DNA of 64,000 bases, from the IMG/VR virus record IMGVR_UViG_3300035180_001778, positions 124,001 through 188,000 of that record; one strand, given 5' to 3'. The position numbers were made by a program, and so were the translations under genes. Below are positions 53,973 through 63,862 of this stretch, piece after piece. The notes beneath the pieces were generated by a model that was not told where the DNA came from, made no database searches, and saw only the letters and a program-made list of their open reading frames with translations. The stretch's first letter is position 1. Every line of letters begins with the position of its first letter.

Positions 53973-55959
53973 CGTTTGGATCTTTCGCAAGAACAGCATC
54001 GAGGATGCTGAACCTGTAGTCCTCAACAAGAGGTTGAGTAGAAGGACTTAGTTGATACCGCCATCGGATCAACCAGTCCCCAGGCTGGCCCACATCATCA
54101 GACCGGAAGGTTGCGTAGTACTCTCCGACCGTTGCCATGACAGGGTAGCGTTCGGGGGAACCCACAAGCTGTTGAGAGCCTCCGGGATGCACCTGGAACA
54201 AGCTGTATGTCACTCGGTACAGCGAGCTGGGGGCTCCGTCGAGGCGCAGCAAGAAGCTCAAGTCGCCACGGCCGAAGACATGGCCAAGTCGGAACTCCCT
54301 GTACTTCTGGTGGCAACGAACGGGCCTCGGGACATGGACGAGATCCAGGTAGCCCGACAAGAGCCCCATGCCTGCCAGGGCTTCCAGCTCGGAAAGCTGG
54401 AGCCCGCCATACCCAAAAACATCCCCTATGAGCGAACGAATGAGAGCGACATTGCCTTGAAGATCGCCACCCCCAAAAGCATGGGCCGTCGGGTTCATCA
54501 CGATGCTGAGAGAACCCTGAAGCGTCCCCACTCCGAACACAACCCCAATAAAGCCAACGTCAATCAACGCACCAGAGAAGTCGCTCACCCCATCGGAGGT
54601 CCCGGACACGGAATGCACGTTGACGATAACGCCATGGAAGACCCCATCCCCGAAGGGATGCCCAGAGACACCCAAGAATCTCTGCATAGATTCCTGGGGT
54701 GCCCCGACGCCTCCCACGGACTCGGAGAAGGACAGGGTCCGAATGAGGGTGTCCTGAATCAGGCCTGAGCCCCCACTTGCGCCAGCGAGTGAGCCGAGAA
54801 TGAGAAGGGTTCCTTGCAAGCTACTGGAGCCCGCGACCAGCCCTGCAAAGTCGGCCGCTCGTAGAGCCCCTTGAGGCGACCCCTGACCAGAGGCGAGACC
54901 CTGCAACAAATGGGTCAACAGGAGGGCCTCTTGCACATCCCCGGCACCAAGAGGGGAACCTCCCAAAGAGAGACCTCGGATAAGAGGCGCTTGAAGAAGC
55001 CCTGCCCCCAGGATGCTACCCGAGAGGGGCATCGTATCTCGGACACCCCCAGAGAAAGAGGCACCCCCCGAGATTGTTCTCGCGAGCGAGATGGTGTGCA
55101 GCATTGTCCCTTGAAGGATAGCGGCACCCAACGTAGTTGAGGCGAGACGATGAATCAAGCCGACTACAGTCTGTGCAGACCCGGCCCCCACAATGGACCC
55201 TGAGACCAGCTTTGTCTGGATCACAGTCCCTTGTAGGCTCCCTGCCCCCGTCCCTGTTTGAGAGAGAGAGACCGTCCGAATGGGGGAGATTTTGGAAGGT
55301 ACGAAGGGGTAGACGATGGGCGGGTGGGGCTGGACAACCGCAGAAGTGATCGTCGGAGCTGCATTGTAGTAGTCAACGTTGTCCCGCATCATCGGGATGT
55401 AACTGACTGCTTTTGTAGGGGCGAAGAAGGGGGACGTGTTCTTCGACAGATACGAAATCACCGCCTGTGTATAGGTGCCGCTCCAATGGGCATACTCGGC
55501 GAGCTGCCCATCGAAAGCTCGCGACCCCGTCGGTTGATTACCGAGCACATAAATGCCCGTGGACGTGATTGCAGGGAGAGTCGTCCCAAAAGCTACGTTT
55601 GTCGTTACTTGTGCAACGCCATCAACATACAGGGTCGGGACATTCGACAACGAGGACTCGTTGTACACGAGGAGAAGATGGATCCATGTATTGGCGGCCG
55701 TACCCCCCGTGAAGTACCACTGCCCTGTCCCAGCCGTGAAGACACGGAGGAACTCCCACCGAGCATTGATACCATTCCACCGGAACTGAGTGATGAACGC
55801 CCCACCGTTCTGTTTTTGATACACACGTCCGAGGCTCCCACCCCCAGGACCCGTCCGGTATACCCAAATACTGTATGTGGAGTTGGTAGTGTGCGTCGTG
55901 TAAGCAGTGTTGCTTACATCAAGCTGCCCTGTCCCAGACAACCCAAAACCAAGAGACAT
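53935..55959 (-). CDS. LamG/concanavalin-like domain protein with Gly-rich repeats (fibre/decoration)
   Basis: YSIWV...NTWIHLLLVY...LYVDG...LGN...FDGQLAE; ~22-aa G.G.LQG.L repeats; C-terminal Ig-like domain like the N-terminus of 52622. Confidence 0.75.
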   Translation of the reverse strand: MSLGFGLSGTGQLDVSNTAYTTHTTNSTYSIWVYRTGPGGGSLGRVYQKQNGGAFITQFRWNGINARWEFLRVFTAGTGQWYFTGGTAANTWIHLLLVYNESSLSNVPTLYVDGVAQVTTNVAFGTTLPAITSTGIYVLGNQPTGSRAFDGQLAEYAHWSGTYTQAVISYLSKNTSPFFAPTKAVSYIPMMRDNVDYYNAAPTITSAVVQPHPPIVYPFVPSKISPIRTVSLSQTGTGAGSLQGTVIQTKLVSGSIVGAGSAQTVVGLIHRLASTTLGAAILQGTMLHTISLARTISGGASFSGGVRDTMPLSGSILGAGLLQAPLIRGLSLGGSPLGAGDVQEALLLTHLLQGLASGQGSPQGALRAADFAGLVAGSSSLQGTLLILGSLAGASGGSGLIQDTLIRTLSFSESVGGVGAPQESMQRFLGVSGHPFGDGVFHGVIVNVHSVSGTSDGVSDFSGALIDVGFIGVVFGVGTLQGSLSIVMNPTAHAFGGGDLQGNVALIRSLIGDVFGYGGLQLSELEALAGMGLLSGYLDLVHVPRPVRCHQKYREFRLGHVFGRGDLSFLLRLDGAPSSLYRVTYSLFQVHPGGSQQLVGSPERYPVMATVGEYYATFRSDDVGQPGDWLIRWRYQLSPSTQPLVEDYRFSILDAVLAKDPNDGTPRKTRRGWF

Positions 55960-55962
55960 GGT

Positions 55963-56445
55963 TTAGGTCTCCCGGCCTTCAGCTCCTCGGAACTGGAGGT
56001 TACCCGCCATGGTGTCGGTCCCGGCCACATCGCGATCAATCTTGATCCACCCCAAGTCGCCTCCGACCATACCGTTGATTTGAGAGTTGGTGAACGTGAT
56101 AGTCGCAACAACGATCAAACCGACGGTGCCAGGCACAGCCGTAGCCACTGAAGACACAAGCGAAGCAAACACAGGCGGACTTGATTGGGTCCCTGAATTG
56201 AGTCGCGAAAACCCAGCACGGACAACCACATTACCCGATGTGGCCGTCTGAGCGTTGTATTCCAGCTTGAGGGTGATCCCCCCTCCTCCGTAATGCTCTT
56301 CAAAACGGATCGGGTACATCGCGGCGGTATTTTGCGCATAGTTGATAACGAACCCGAAGTTCGTATCAGGAAGCGCAGAAGTGACCGAGGGGGCGATCTG
56401 AAACCCCTGGGGAAATACCTGGAAGACTGTTTGGCCGGAGGCCAT
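55963..56445 (-). CDS. Beta-rich virion protein
   Basis: ORF in the structural run. Confidence 0.65.
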   Translation of the reverse strand: MASGQTVFQVFPQGFQIAPSVTSALPDTNFGFVINYAQNTAAMYPIRFEEHYGGGGITLKLEYNAQTATSGNVVVRAGFSRLNSGTQSSPPVFASLVSSVATAVPGTVGLIVVATITFTNSQINGMVGGDLGWIKIDRDVAGTDTMAGNLQFRGAEGRET

Positions 56446-56448
56446 GGA

Positions 56449-56832
56449 TCAGGACTCGGTGACGATGAGCTGGCCGGAGGGGAACTTCACCTGGTCGTTC
56501 GTGAGAACGGACCGGGAAGCCGTGAGGTTCGCGAAGTAGAGAAGGTTGCCCGCTGTCGAGGCATCGAGGAGAGCGAAGGCCACCACCGTCCCCCAGTCCG
56601 CTGTGGCGATGGGGAACACCACGTCGACAGAGCTGGCTGAGGCACCACCGGAAGGGGCAGCGAACGTGGCCGCCTGACGCACATAGGAGCCGCCAGTCAC
56701 CTCCGTCCCACCGCCACCAATGCCCGGGGCCACCGTGTAGAGAGCGACGTAGGACGTCGCCGGGACGGTGAACGCCGTGTTCCGTAGAACCGAGTTCAGA
56801 ACTTGATTGATGAGGTATGTGCTCTTAGGCAT
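56449..56832 (-). CDS. Phage fibre-associated structural protein
   Basis: STYL.N..LN...YVALYT..P...GTEVTGGSYVRQ...WGTV...DASTAGNLL. Confidence 0.8.
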   Translation of the reverse strand: MPKSTYLINQVLNSVLRNTAFTVPATSYVALYTVAPGIGGGGTEVTGGSYVRQAATFAAPSGGASASSVDVVFPIATADWGTVVAFALLDASTAGNLLYFANLTASRSVLTNDQVKFPSGQLIVTES

Positions 56833-56852
56833 GTCGCGGGCTCCTCCCCTCG

Positions 56853-57236
56853 TTACGGTACAAATGAAACCTTGAGCCCCTGGCTCTCGGGGGAAAACGC
56901 CACGACGTCGTAGTCCAGAGCTGTGACTTGGGGAACCGCGGCATAGGTGATGAGCACCCGCCAGAACCCAACCCCATTCGGCCGCCAGCGGACGCTGTAG
57001 TACCCCGTCCCAGCTCCAACCTCATGCCAGTAGACATGCCCCGCGAGGAGCTGGGCATCCGTGAGCCCAGCCCCATTGAGGGTCGTCCAGGGCTGAGGGA
57101 CGTTGTTGCAGAAGACTGCAATGGCGACATTCGACGCAGAGAGGCCCGTGATCCGGGTGTACCCGTCCACCTGGAAGATATCAGCCAGATCGAGAGCCGG
57201 CTGATTCGTGGGGATGAGCCTCCAGCGAAGATTCAC
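56853..57236 (-). CDS. Ig-like virion protein
   Basis: GYYSVRWRPNGVGFWRV. Confidence 0.6.
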   Translation of the reverse strand: MNLRWRLIPTNQPALDLADIFQVDGYTRITGLSASNVAIAVFCNNVPQPWTTLNGAGLTDAQLLAGHVYWHEVGAGTGYYSVRWRPNGVGFWRVLITYAAVPQVTALDYDVVAFSPESQGLKVSFVP

Positions 57237-57406
57237 GATGAGGGTTCCTCATGAGCCTTCGGAGGGCTCTCGACGGGTTGCTTGGGGCGACCCACCCCAA
57301 GGGCGCTCGAAGTGCGAAGCGACGCAGAGAGGGACATCGCCACCCCCACGCCAGCCCTCACTTCGGACACCCCCAGAACGACGGCATTCAGCTCGATGAC
57401 GGCCAT
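57233..57406 (-). CDS. Small hypothetical protein (57 aa)
   Basis: MAVIELNAVVLGVSEVRAGVGV...; GGAG RBS, GTGA overlap with the next gene. Confidence 0.55.
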   Translation of the reverse strand: MAVIELNAVVLGVSEVRAGVGVAMSLSASLRTSSALGVGRPKQPVESPPKAHEEPSS

Positions 57407-57419
57407 GGTGCTCCGAGCC

Positions 57420-57668
57420 CTACTGCATGTGGCAGATCGATTTCAAGCTCTTGATGTTGAAGGCGTAGGTGTTGGCAGGCACCTTCCCCGAGTTGTTGAC
57501 CCAGCCGGAGGTCAACTCGTCGATGTTCGCGATGCTCGTGTCGAACACGAATTGCACCTTGCCGCTTGTAGAGCGTTCCGCACGCCTCATCTCGACCCCC
57601 GCGGTCTTCAGGTAGGCCGCGAAGTAGAGATCTGACGTACGGAATTCGGGAGCGTTTCCAACAGGCAT
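57420..57668 (-). CDS. DUF5659-like small protein
   Basis: FRTSDLYFAAYLKTAG...VQFVF. Confidence 0.7.
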   Translation of the reverse strand: MPVGNAPEFRTSDLYFAAYLKTAGVEMRRAERSTSGKVQFVFDTSIANIDELTSGWVNNSGKVPANTYAFNIKSLKSICHMQ

Positions 57669-57705
57669 TACCATCCTCATTTCATCTTGATGTAGCGTGG
57701 AGAGA

Positions 57706-58818
57706 TCAGGCGAGAACCGCGATCCCCGATGCGAAGCTGTCATACTTGACCTGCACGCTCGTGGTGGCCGCAGCCGCCCCGGGGATGAGGGAAGCCGGGA
57801 TCACAATCGAGGTCGCAGAGACGGAGCCCTGGGTTCCACCCGTATTGGTCGTCTCCAGGACCTTCTGGACGATCGACTTCTGAACCAGGCCCGTGAACTT
57901 GACGGTCACGAGTTCCTGCTCGGCGTTGCCGAGGTTGGTCCCCGTGATGGTAACGTCACCCGTATTCGGGGTGTTGATGGCCGCGCTGGAGATGACCGGA
58001 AGCCCCGTCGAGAAGACCGTGCTCCCATCATCGTGGACGACCGTGATGGCTGCCCCAGAGGAGATGGCCGGAAGCCGGTACACATCAGGGTTGAAGCTCG
58101 CCGACAGGAACCCCGCCAGGTTGCCCTTCTTGAGGCTCTGAATGGCGACGTTGCTCTCGACGAACTGCGGAGCAATGGCGTCTGCGATGGCCTTGACCTG
58201 AACCAGGGAAAGACCGTACCCGACCGTCGAGAGGATCGTTGCCTGCGAAACATCGAGGGGCCCACCCACCGGGAGGAAAGCCGCGACCATGGATGCCACG
58301 GTGGGAACCGTGACTGCACGGGCAGCGGTGCCGAGTCCGAGAGAGGCGTTGGCGTTCGAACCATTGCCAGTCGAGTCGATTCCGATGGTTGCTGCGGGCC
58401 CGAAGGAAGCCGTCGTGCTGAGAGCAATCCGAAGGGTCGAGCTGAGCCCGATCGACGTCGAGGCATGAGCCGAGATGGTAGCCGTCACCAGAGCCGCATT
58501 GATCGCCGCGAGCAGCGTCGTGATGTTGGCGTAGGTCGCACTGGCAATCGTGACCGTGGTGTACAGACCCGTGCTGAGGATCCGGAGCTTCAGGACGTTG
58601 TTCGACCCGTTCACCGTCAACGGGAACGTGATGTCTCCCGTGCTGGCGATCGTCGCCGGGACCAAGGCCAGAGCTGATGCCCCAACCGTGGAATCCGGGC
58701 GCGAGATGTACCGTGTCGAGCCCGCGGGCTCGATCGGGAAGTCGGTCTGGGACGTGGGCTCCAGATCGGCCAAGAAGATGGGCCCCGAAAGGTCCCCGCG
58801 AATGACACCAATACGCAT
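57706..58818 (-). CDS. Virion structural/decoration protein
   Basis: T/A/S-rich; C-terminal 'NTP..GDVTITGT...IVIPASLIP' shared with 59233-60195. Confidence 0.65.
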   Translation of the reverse strand: MRIGVIRGDLSGPIFLADLEPTSQTDFPIEPAGSTRYISRPDSTVGASALALVPATIASTGDITFPLTVNGSNNVLKLRILSTGLYTTVTIASATYANITTLLAAINAALVTATISAHASTSIGLSSTLRIALSTTASFGPAATIGIDSTGNGSNANASLGLGTAARAVTVPTVASMVAAFLPVGGPLDVSQATILSTVGYGLSLVQVKAIADAIAPQFVESNVAIQSLKKGNLAGFLSASFNPDVYRLPAISSGAAITVVHDDGSTVFSTGLPVISSAAINTPNTGDVTITGTNLGNAEQELVTVKFTGLVQKSIVQKVLETTNTGGTQGSVSATSIVIPASLIPGAAAATTSVQVKYDSFASGIAVLA

Positions 58819-58856
58819 TGTCTCAGACTCCCAATCTACGGAGGTTCGAGGACCCC

Positions 58857-59225
58857 CTACGTTGTGCTATCGGCGAGTCGTCCACTCGCCTGGTCGATTT
58901 TGAGAAGGCGTAGAATGACGCCGTAACTTTCGTAGAACCCAGAGATCGACCGGAGAAAGATGAGCTGGTCCGACTTCCAAGTGAAGTTTGCCGCTCGTGT
59001 GAATAGCCGCATTCTCCGAATGGCACGGATGTAGAGGTCCGACCGATCCAACGTCCGAAGCTCTTCCTCCGCAGACGACATCCGATCGTACCGTGAGCGA
59101 ATGTCGTTGAGGAGAGCACGGACCTGCTGTTGGTAGAACAGGTCCGTGGGCCGCCAACGACGTTCAATCCGCTGAAAGGAAGACCCCTCCAGATCCAGGA
59201 TTTCGCGTAGAAGGCGGTACTGCAC
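58857..59225 (-). CDS. Hypothetical basic helical protein
   Basis: GTG start QYRLLREILDLEG... Confidence 0.55.
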   Translation of the reverse strand: MQYRLLREILDLEGSSFQRIERRWRPTDLFYQQQVRALLNDIRSRYDRMSSAEEELRTLDRSDLYIRAIRRMRLFTRAANFTWKSDQLIFLRSISGFYESYGVILRLLKIDQASGRLADSTT

Positions 59226-59232
59226 GTCACGA

Positions 59233-60195
59233 TCAGACCAGCACGAAGACGTTCGAGAGGTGGTCGTCCGACTTGACCTGTGCCGAGGACAAGGTGGCCG
59301 CCGCCCCGCCACCACCAGACATCCCCGAGACGATGAAGCCGGCGTTGATGACCGTCTCCGTGATCGCCACGTTGCCGACCGTGCCGACCGCGTCGTTCAC
59401 GAGGTTGACAACCCCAGCACCACCGCTCGAAGCCGTGATGGCGAGACCCGCTCCAACCCCGTTGATCGCGGCCAGAACAGCCGCCTTCACAGTGGCAAGA
59501 GAATCACCCGAGGTGAAGGCGACCGCGACATGGGCACCCGTCACACCACCACCGGAGTCGAACTCGAAGACCGTGGCCGCGTTGACGCCGTCGTTGAGGG
59601 TGAACGTCTGGCCGTCCACCAAGCTGGCCCCAGCCACCACCGTGATCGAGCCCGTGGCAGCCACAGCGGCCGGGATGAGAGCGGAGGGGATGACGATCGA
59701 AGTGTTTGAGATGGTCCCGCCACCCGTGAGGATCTGAGCCTGCGTGAGGGTGACCGCACCGCTTCCCGTGAGGATGACCGACGAGAAGTTGGGCGCCGTC
59801 GAGAGGAAGCCCGTCCCCGTGAGGGTCACATCGCCAGCCGACGGGGTGTTCGCCTGAGCATTGGTGATGACGGGCGTCGCGAGACTCGATGCAACCAGCG
59901 AGACCGACGTAATCAGCCCCGCCGTGACGAGCTTGGAGATCTTCCCCTTGCCAGCCGAGAGGACGACACGAGCCGTTTCCTGCAAGTCGATGTAGCCCGG
60001 GAGGGTCGCATCGCCCGGCTTGGTGCGAGGGACGTAGCAAGGCTGCTTCGGCTCATTCGCGTACCCGTCGCGCTTGTAGGCCTTGGGGTCTGCCGTGCTC
60101 CCGAGCCGGTGGACTTGCTTGTTGGGTAGCCCATCGTCGAGGTCATCGACGAGGATGGCACCAGAGACAGTCTGTGCGTGGATGAGTCGAATCAT
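59233..60195 (-). CDS. Virion structural/decoration protein with a domain shared with the sheath
   Basis: AGGAG RBS; paralogous segments to 57706 and to the sheath insertion. Confidence 0.7.
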   Translation of the reverse strand: MIRLIHAQTVSGAILVDDLDDGLPNKQVHRLGSTADPKAYKRDGYANEPKQPCYVPRTKPGDATLPGYIDLQETARVVLSAGKGKISKLVTAGLITSVSLVASSLATPVITNAQANTPSAGDVTLTGTGFLSTAPNFSSVILTGSGAVTLTQAQILTGGGTISNTSIVIPSALIPAAVAATGSITVVAGASLVDGQTFTLNDGVNAATVFEFDSGGGVTGAHVAVAFTSGDSLATVKAAVLAAINGVGAGLAITASSGGAGVVNLVNDAVGTVGNVAITETVINAGFIVSGMSGGGGAAATLSSAQVKSDDHLSNVFVLV

Positions 60196-60256
60196 GGTGC
60201 TCCTACCCCTTCAAAATGGGATCGTCGATCTGAAGTCATAAAAGGAAGCTCGAACG

Positions 60257-60892
60257 CTAACGCGGGAAAGCCGCGGTACAGACGATGGAGAAAGGCACAG
60301 ACCCCCCGCCACCTCGAACCCACAAGCTCCCCTGTGTTGAATTCAAGCCGAATTGCGAAACAGCGTTGGGCAGCACCTTCGATTCTGCTCCGTCCTGTTC
60401 CATAGACACGAACAGAGAGTTGGCCGCATCCTGGTTGTGGACCCTGAAGTCCTGCATCAGCCGAGGGAAGTCGATCTGTAGGGACCCCGTGCTGTCCGAC
60501 GCATTGGGGGCTGTACCCTGAATCGTAACCGCCCCAATCCCATGTTGAGCCGTATCCGCCAGGATGAGTCCAGCGGCCGAGACCTGGACTTCGCTACCCC
60601 CAAAAGGGACCCGCCAGAGCTGGAGCCAGAAGGACTTCCCGTCGGGGATGCTGTAGGTCGTCGGATTGAAGACGATCCTGACTTGCCGTCCCGAGGTCGG
60701 CTGAGCACCCACAACGGCGATGTTGATCGCCGGGTCAAGGAAGCCGACGTTCGTCGAGTCCAAGAACGTGGTGAAGGACCCATCGAAGTTCGCCGCCCAC
60801 TTGAGACGGTAGGTCTGGGTCCCATCGACCAAGGGAGTGACCAGATCGACGATAGGGGCTCGCCGCCTGATGACTGAAAACGTTCTGTTCAT
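60257..60892 (-). CDS. Beta-rich virion protein
   Basis: ORF coupled to the upstream zinc-ribbon gene. Confidence 0.65.
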   Translation of the reverse strand: MNRTFSVIRRRAPIVDLVTPLVDGTQTYRLKWAANFDGSFTTFLDSTNVGFLDPAINIAVVGAQPTSGRQVRIVFNPTTYSIPDGKSFWLQLWRVPFGGSEVQVSAAGLILADTAQHGIGAVTIQGTAPNASDSTGSLQIDFPRLMQDFRVHNQDAANSLFVSMEQDGAESKVLPNAVSQFGLNSTQGSLWVRGGGGSVPFSIVCTAAFPR

Positions 60893-61299
60893 CCTGCCTT
60901 CTCCTTCTGGACAAGAGGATCATACGTTGCAGCGAGATGGTTGCCGTTTTCAGACCGGGCAACCTCCTGTGCTTCCTTCCAAGTTCCGGTGTCCATCCCC
61001 TTGTAGTTCGGGATGAGCCGCGACTTGAAGACGTGATCCCGTTCCTTCTTGGCGAGGATCTCTCGACGCCGGGCCCTCAGCTTGTTCTCGATGAGAGCCT
61101 TCCCCGGCCAACCCCCACTCTCCCCATCCTTCAGAACGAAGCTGATCTCCCCCGGGCTGAAGACGATCTCCACTTTCCCTTGGCAAGAGGAGCACTCCAG
61201 GAGCTTCACTCCGAGCTTCACCACTTCGTAATCCGAGAAGGAAAGACGGAGACTGTTGGTGACCTGGCACCCAAGACAGCGAGACGTGTAGGTAGGCAT
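60889..61299 (-). CDS. FmdB-like zinc-ribbon protein
   Basis: MPTYTSRCLGC...ECSSC...FVLKD..SGGW. Confidence 0.75.
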   Translation of the reverse strand: MPTYTSRCLGCQVTNSLRLSFSDYEVVKLGVKLLECSSCQGKVEIVFSPGEISFVLKDGESGGWPGKALIENKLRARRREILAKKERDHVFKSRLIPNYKGMDTGTWKEAQEVARSENGNHLAATYDPLVQKEKAG

Positions 61300-61312
61300 T
61301 CTGATTCCTTTT

Positions 61313-62116
61313 TCATTTTGGAGGCGGAACCTCCCATTTGCGAACGAAGTCGAGCACGGCTGCAACGTGTTTGCACACGCGGTTTTCGCGCTCCGGATCT
61401 GTGACGTTTGGAGCTGAGGCTGTACCTCTGGGCTTCCCATCAATGTATCCTTCTTGCTTCGCGTGGTATTCGGGTCCCTGCCACTGCCAGGAAGGACACG
61501 AGCAAGCGAAGTGAAGGTCCATCTTGGTCAACTTGACGACCTTCCCAAGACGGGTAGCCTTGAGCCGGACGACCTTGGGACCCTTGCCGGAGTCGACTGC
61601 GAAGATCCAGCGCAGATTGCCGGCGTCCACCCTTTTGAGGGTCACCCGGCACTTCTTGGCTCGATCTCGAATCTGACGGGACAACCCCTGCTCAATGTGC
61701 TCGACCCGAGCGGCCGTCATCACCCGAACGGGAGCCCGCTCCATGAAGAACATGTGGGCAACGAAAGAGGCGGTCAGACCTTCAGGATGGCCTTCTCGGT
61801 AGGGGTACTTCGGTTTCGCAGAGTCATCCTGCTTCCCACCCCCGCTCCAGCCAATCCCATCATGCTTGTCCGCGTTGTCCTCGTTGACGTCGGGATGCGA
61901 TTGGTCCTTGAGGAGATCGTCGGCGTTGTCCACATCATAGATGGACGTGTCCGTACCCCGGTCCGAATCCCTGGAGTCACTCTCGGGCTTGTTGTAGGTG
62001 CTCTGCCCCGGGATGTCCTTGTCAAGAGACAAACCGCGAGGCGAAGGACCCCCACCAGGGAGCTTGGACTCTCCAGTGGGACCCACCCAAGAGGACACAG
62101 AGTATCGACTCACCAT
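61313..62116 (-). CDS. SWIM-type zinc-finger protein
   Basis: CSCPSW...CKHVAAV. Confidence 0.7.
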   Translation of the reverse strand: MVSRYSVSSWVGPTGESKLPGGGPSPRGLSLDKDIPGQSTYNKPESDSRDSDRGTDTSIYDVDNADDLLKDQSHPDVNEDNADKHDGIGWSGGGKQDDSAKPKYPYREGHPEGLTASFVAHMFFMERAPVRVMTAARVEHIEQGLSRQIRDRAKKCRVTLKRVDAGNLRWIFAVDSGKGPKVVRLKATRLGKVVKLTKMDLHFACSCPSWQWQGPEYHAKQEGYIDGKPRGTASAPNVTDPERENRVCKHVAAVLDFVRKWEVPPPK

Positions 62117-62430
62117 GCCGGCGGAGGCTTGAACTTCCGTAGCTTGTCCGCCAGAACTTCAGCGGAGCGAAATGCTTGACCGATTTGATGGTCAAGCTCG
62201 TAGAGAACATCGCGGGTATCCTGAACCTGACGGTCGCCCGGACCAGGGTATCCGCTGACACCCTGAAAGTCCTCCTTCAGAGCTTGAACGTGATCGTTCA
62301 CATCACGAAGAGGGCGACGCAATTCGATGCGTTTCTTCACGAGAGCTTCAAGCTCTCCGGCAAGCTTGTCCGGAGACACAGCATCGGATGCTTGAAGAAA
62401 TCGCGCACTGACACGATCTTCAATAGACAT
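62110..62430 (-). CDS. Helical protein, candidate internal virion protein
   Basis: MSIEDRVSARFLQAS N-terminal tag. Confidence 0.65.
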   Translation of the reverse strand: MSIEDRVSARFLQASDAVSPDKLAGELEALVKKRIELRRPLRDVNDHVQALKEDFQGVSGYPGPGDRQVQDTRDVLYELDHQIGQAFRSAEVLADKLRKFKPPPAW

Positions 62431-62431
62431 C

Positions 62432-63862
62432 TCAGTGCTTGTCCTTGACGACGTTCTTGTTCTTCTCCCACTGGTCGGCGGCCTTCTCGGCATCCTCATC
62501 CGACATGCTGGGGTTGGCCTTCTGGAAGCCCTTCATGACGTCCTCGCGGGAGTTGGCCTGCTGAAAGATGGCGGACTGCATGGTCGCCGCATCCATCTGC
62601 ATCGAGTCGGCGAGCACCTTCCGAAGGACGGACGCGAGCTGCGTCCGGCTCGGGTTCTTCTGCGTCGACAGGGTCGTTGCCGCCTGTTGGAAGAAGCGTG
62701 AAGCCTTCTTCGAGATGTCCCCAGCCTGACGCTGGTTCCCCTCCAGGTGGGCGATGAGAGAGACGAGACGAGCCATCGGGACCTTGCCCGTGGCATCGGC
62801 AATCTCTGCCATCTTGAGGAGTTCCGCAGCCGCTTCTTTCGTGTTCTTCATGATCGTGTGCCTTTCTTGGGGGTGGTAACTTGCTTGTCTCGGTCCTGCA
62901 CAGGCCTCACCAACAGCCCGTGCGAGATCCACCACCTGATCTCCCACGTAACTCAAGATGTTTTCGACAACCGCCTGTTTACCCAGATTGCCTTCAATCT
63001 GGTCAAGCGCGTTCTCAATGTCGCGGATGGCTTTGGGGAGCTTATCTCGACGAGGATTGGGGCTTTCAAGTCCCTGGTTGAAAGCGTTACCCATCTCCCG
63101 GAATGTTGCCGAGCCTGCCTGTTTTGTAGCCATTGTCGTGCTCTCATCTCTTGCGAAAAGCCCCAAAAACTTCGGGGGATTGATAGGCTTCAAGGGTTCA
63201 GGCCCATTGAACGGAGGCGGATCCTTGTTCAAGGCAGCCGTCATGCCCATCATCGACGCCAGGTTGTAACAGGCGTTGGCGAGCTTGTTGAGAAGAGGCT
63301 TGGGCTCTGCCTTCGGAGCGTTCTTCTTGGCGAATGCTTCGACTTCATTCAACACCGAGGTGCCTTCAGAGATCACCCCTCGGATGTCGACGTTGTCGGA
63401 GCCAAACCGACCCCCCGAATGGACCCCGCCCTCGTAAGAGGCGATCAGCTCCCGGAGAATCTTCTCCCCAACTTGAGCTTCCTTGTCTGTGGACCGGCGC
63501 TTCAAATAGGGCAGACGGATGTCCTGAAGAACACCTTCAAGTTCCTCCGCCTTTTCAGGCTTGAGATTCTGCTTGATTTCTTCGTAGTCGAGGCGAGCGG
63601 CAGCCATGGCCGATGCGTCCAAAGCCTTGTCGAGCTTGAACAGCATGTCGGGAATCCCGTGGATCAAATGCCCCGCCACCTCGAAGAGCTGATCCCGATT
63701 TTCGGCCTTGTCGATGAGGTCGACGGCTTCTTGAACGTACTTCTTGAGTTGTGCTGTACGGAGACGGGCGTCTCCCAGCTCTTCAATGAGGTACACGACG
63801 ACGCCGGAAGCGTTCTTTTCGTGTCCTGATCGACTCAGACAACCGCCGCTAGATTCTGTCAT
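62432..63862 (-). CDS. Modular helical protein, candidate internal virion protein
   Basis: 476 aa; KNAS, KEA, KQAG, RQAS and RQAG sites; one lower-GC module at ~62880-63260. Confidence 0.7.
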   Translation of the reverse strand: MTESSGGCLSRSGHEKNASGVVVYLIEELGDARLRTAQLKKYVQEAVDLIDKAENRDQLFEVAGHLIHGIPDMLFKLDKALDASAMAAARLDYEEIKQNLKPEKAEELEGVLQDIRLPYLKRRSTDKEAQVGEKILRELIASYEGGVHSGGRFGSDNVDIRGVISEGTSVLNEVEAFAKKNAPKAEPKPLLNKLANACYNLASMMGMTAALNKDPPPFNGPEPLKPINPPKFLGLFARDESTTMATKQAGSATFREMGNAFNQGLESPNPRRDKLPKAIRDIENALDQIEGNLGKQAVVENILSYVGDQVVDLARAVGEACAGPRQASYHPQERHTIMKNTKEAAAELLKMAEIADATGKVPMARLVSLIAHLEGNQRQAGDISKKASRFFQQAATTLSTQKNPSRTQLASVLRKVLADSMQMDAATMQSAIFQQANSREDVMKGFQKANPSMSDEDAEKAADQWEKNKNVVKDKH

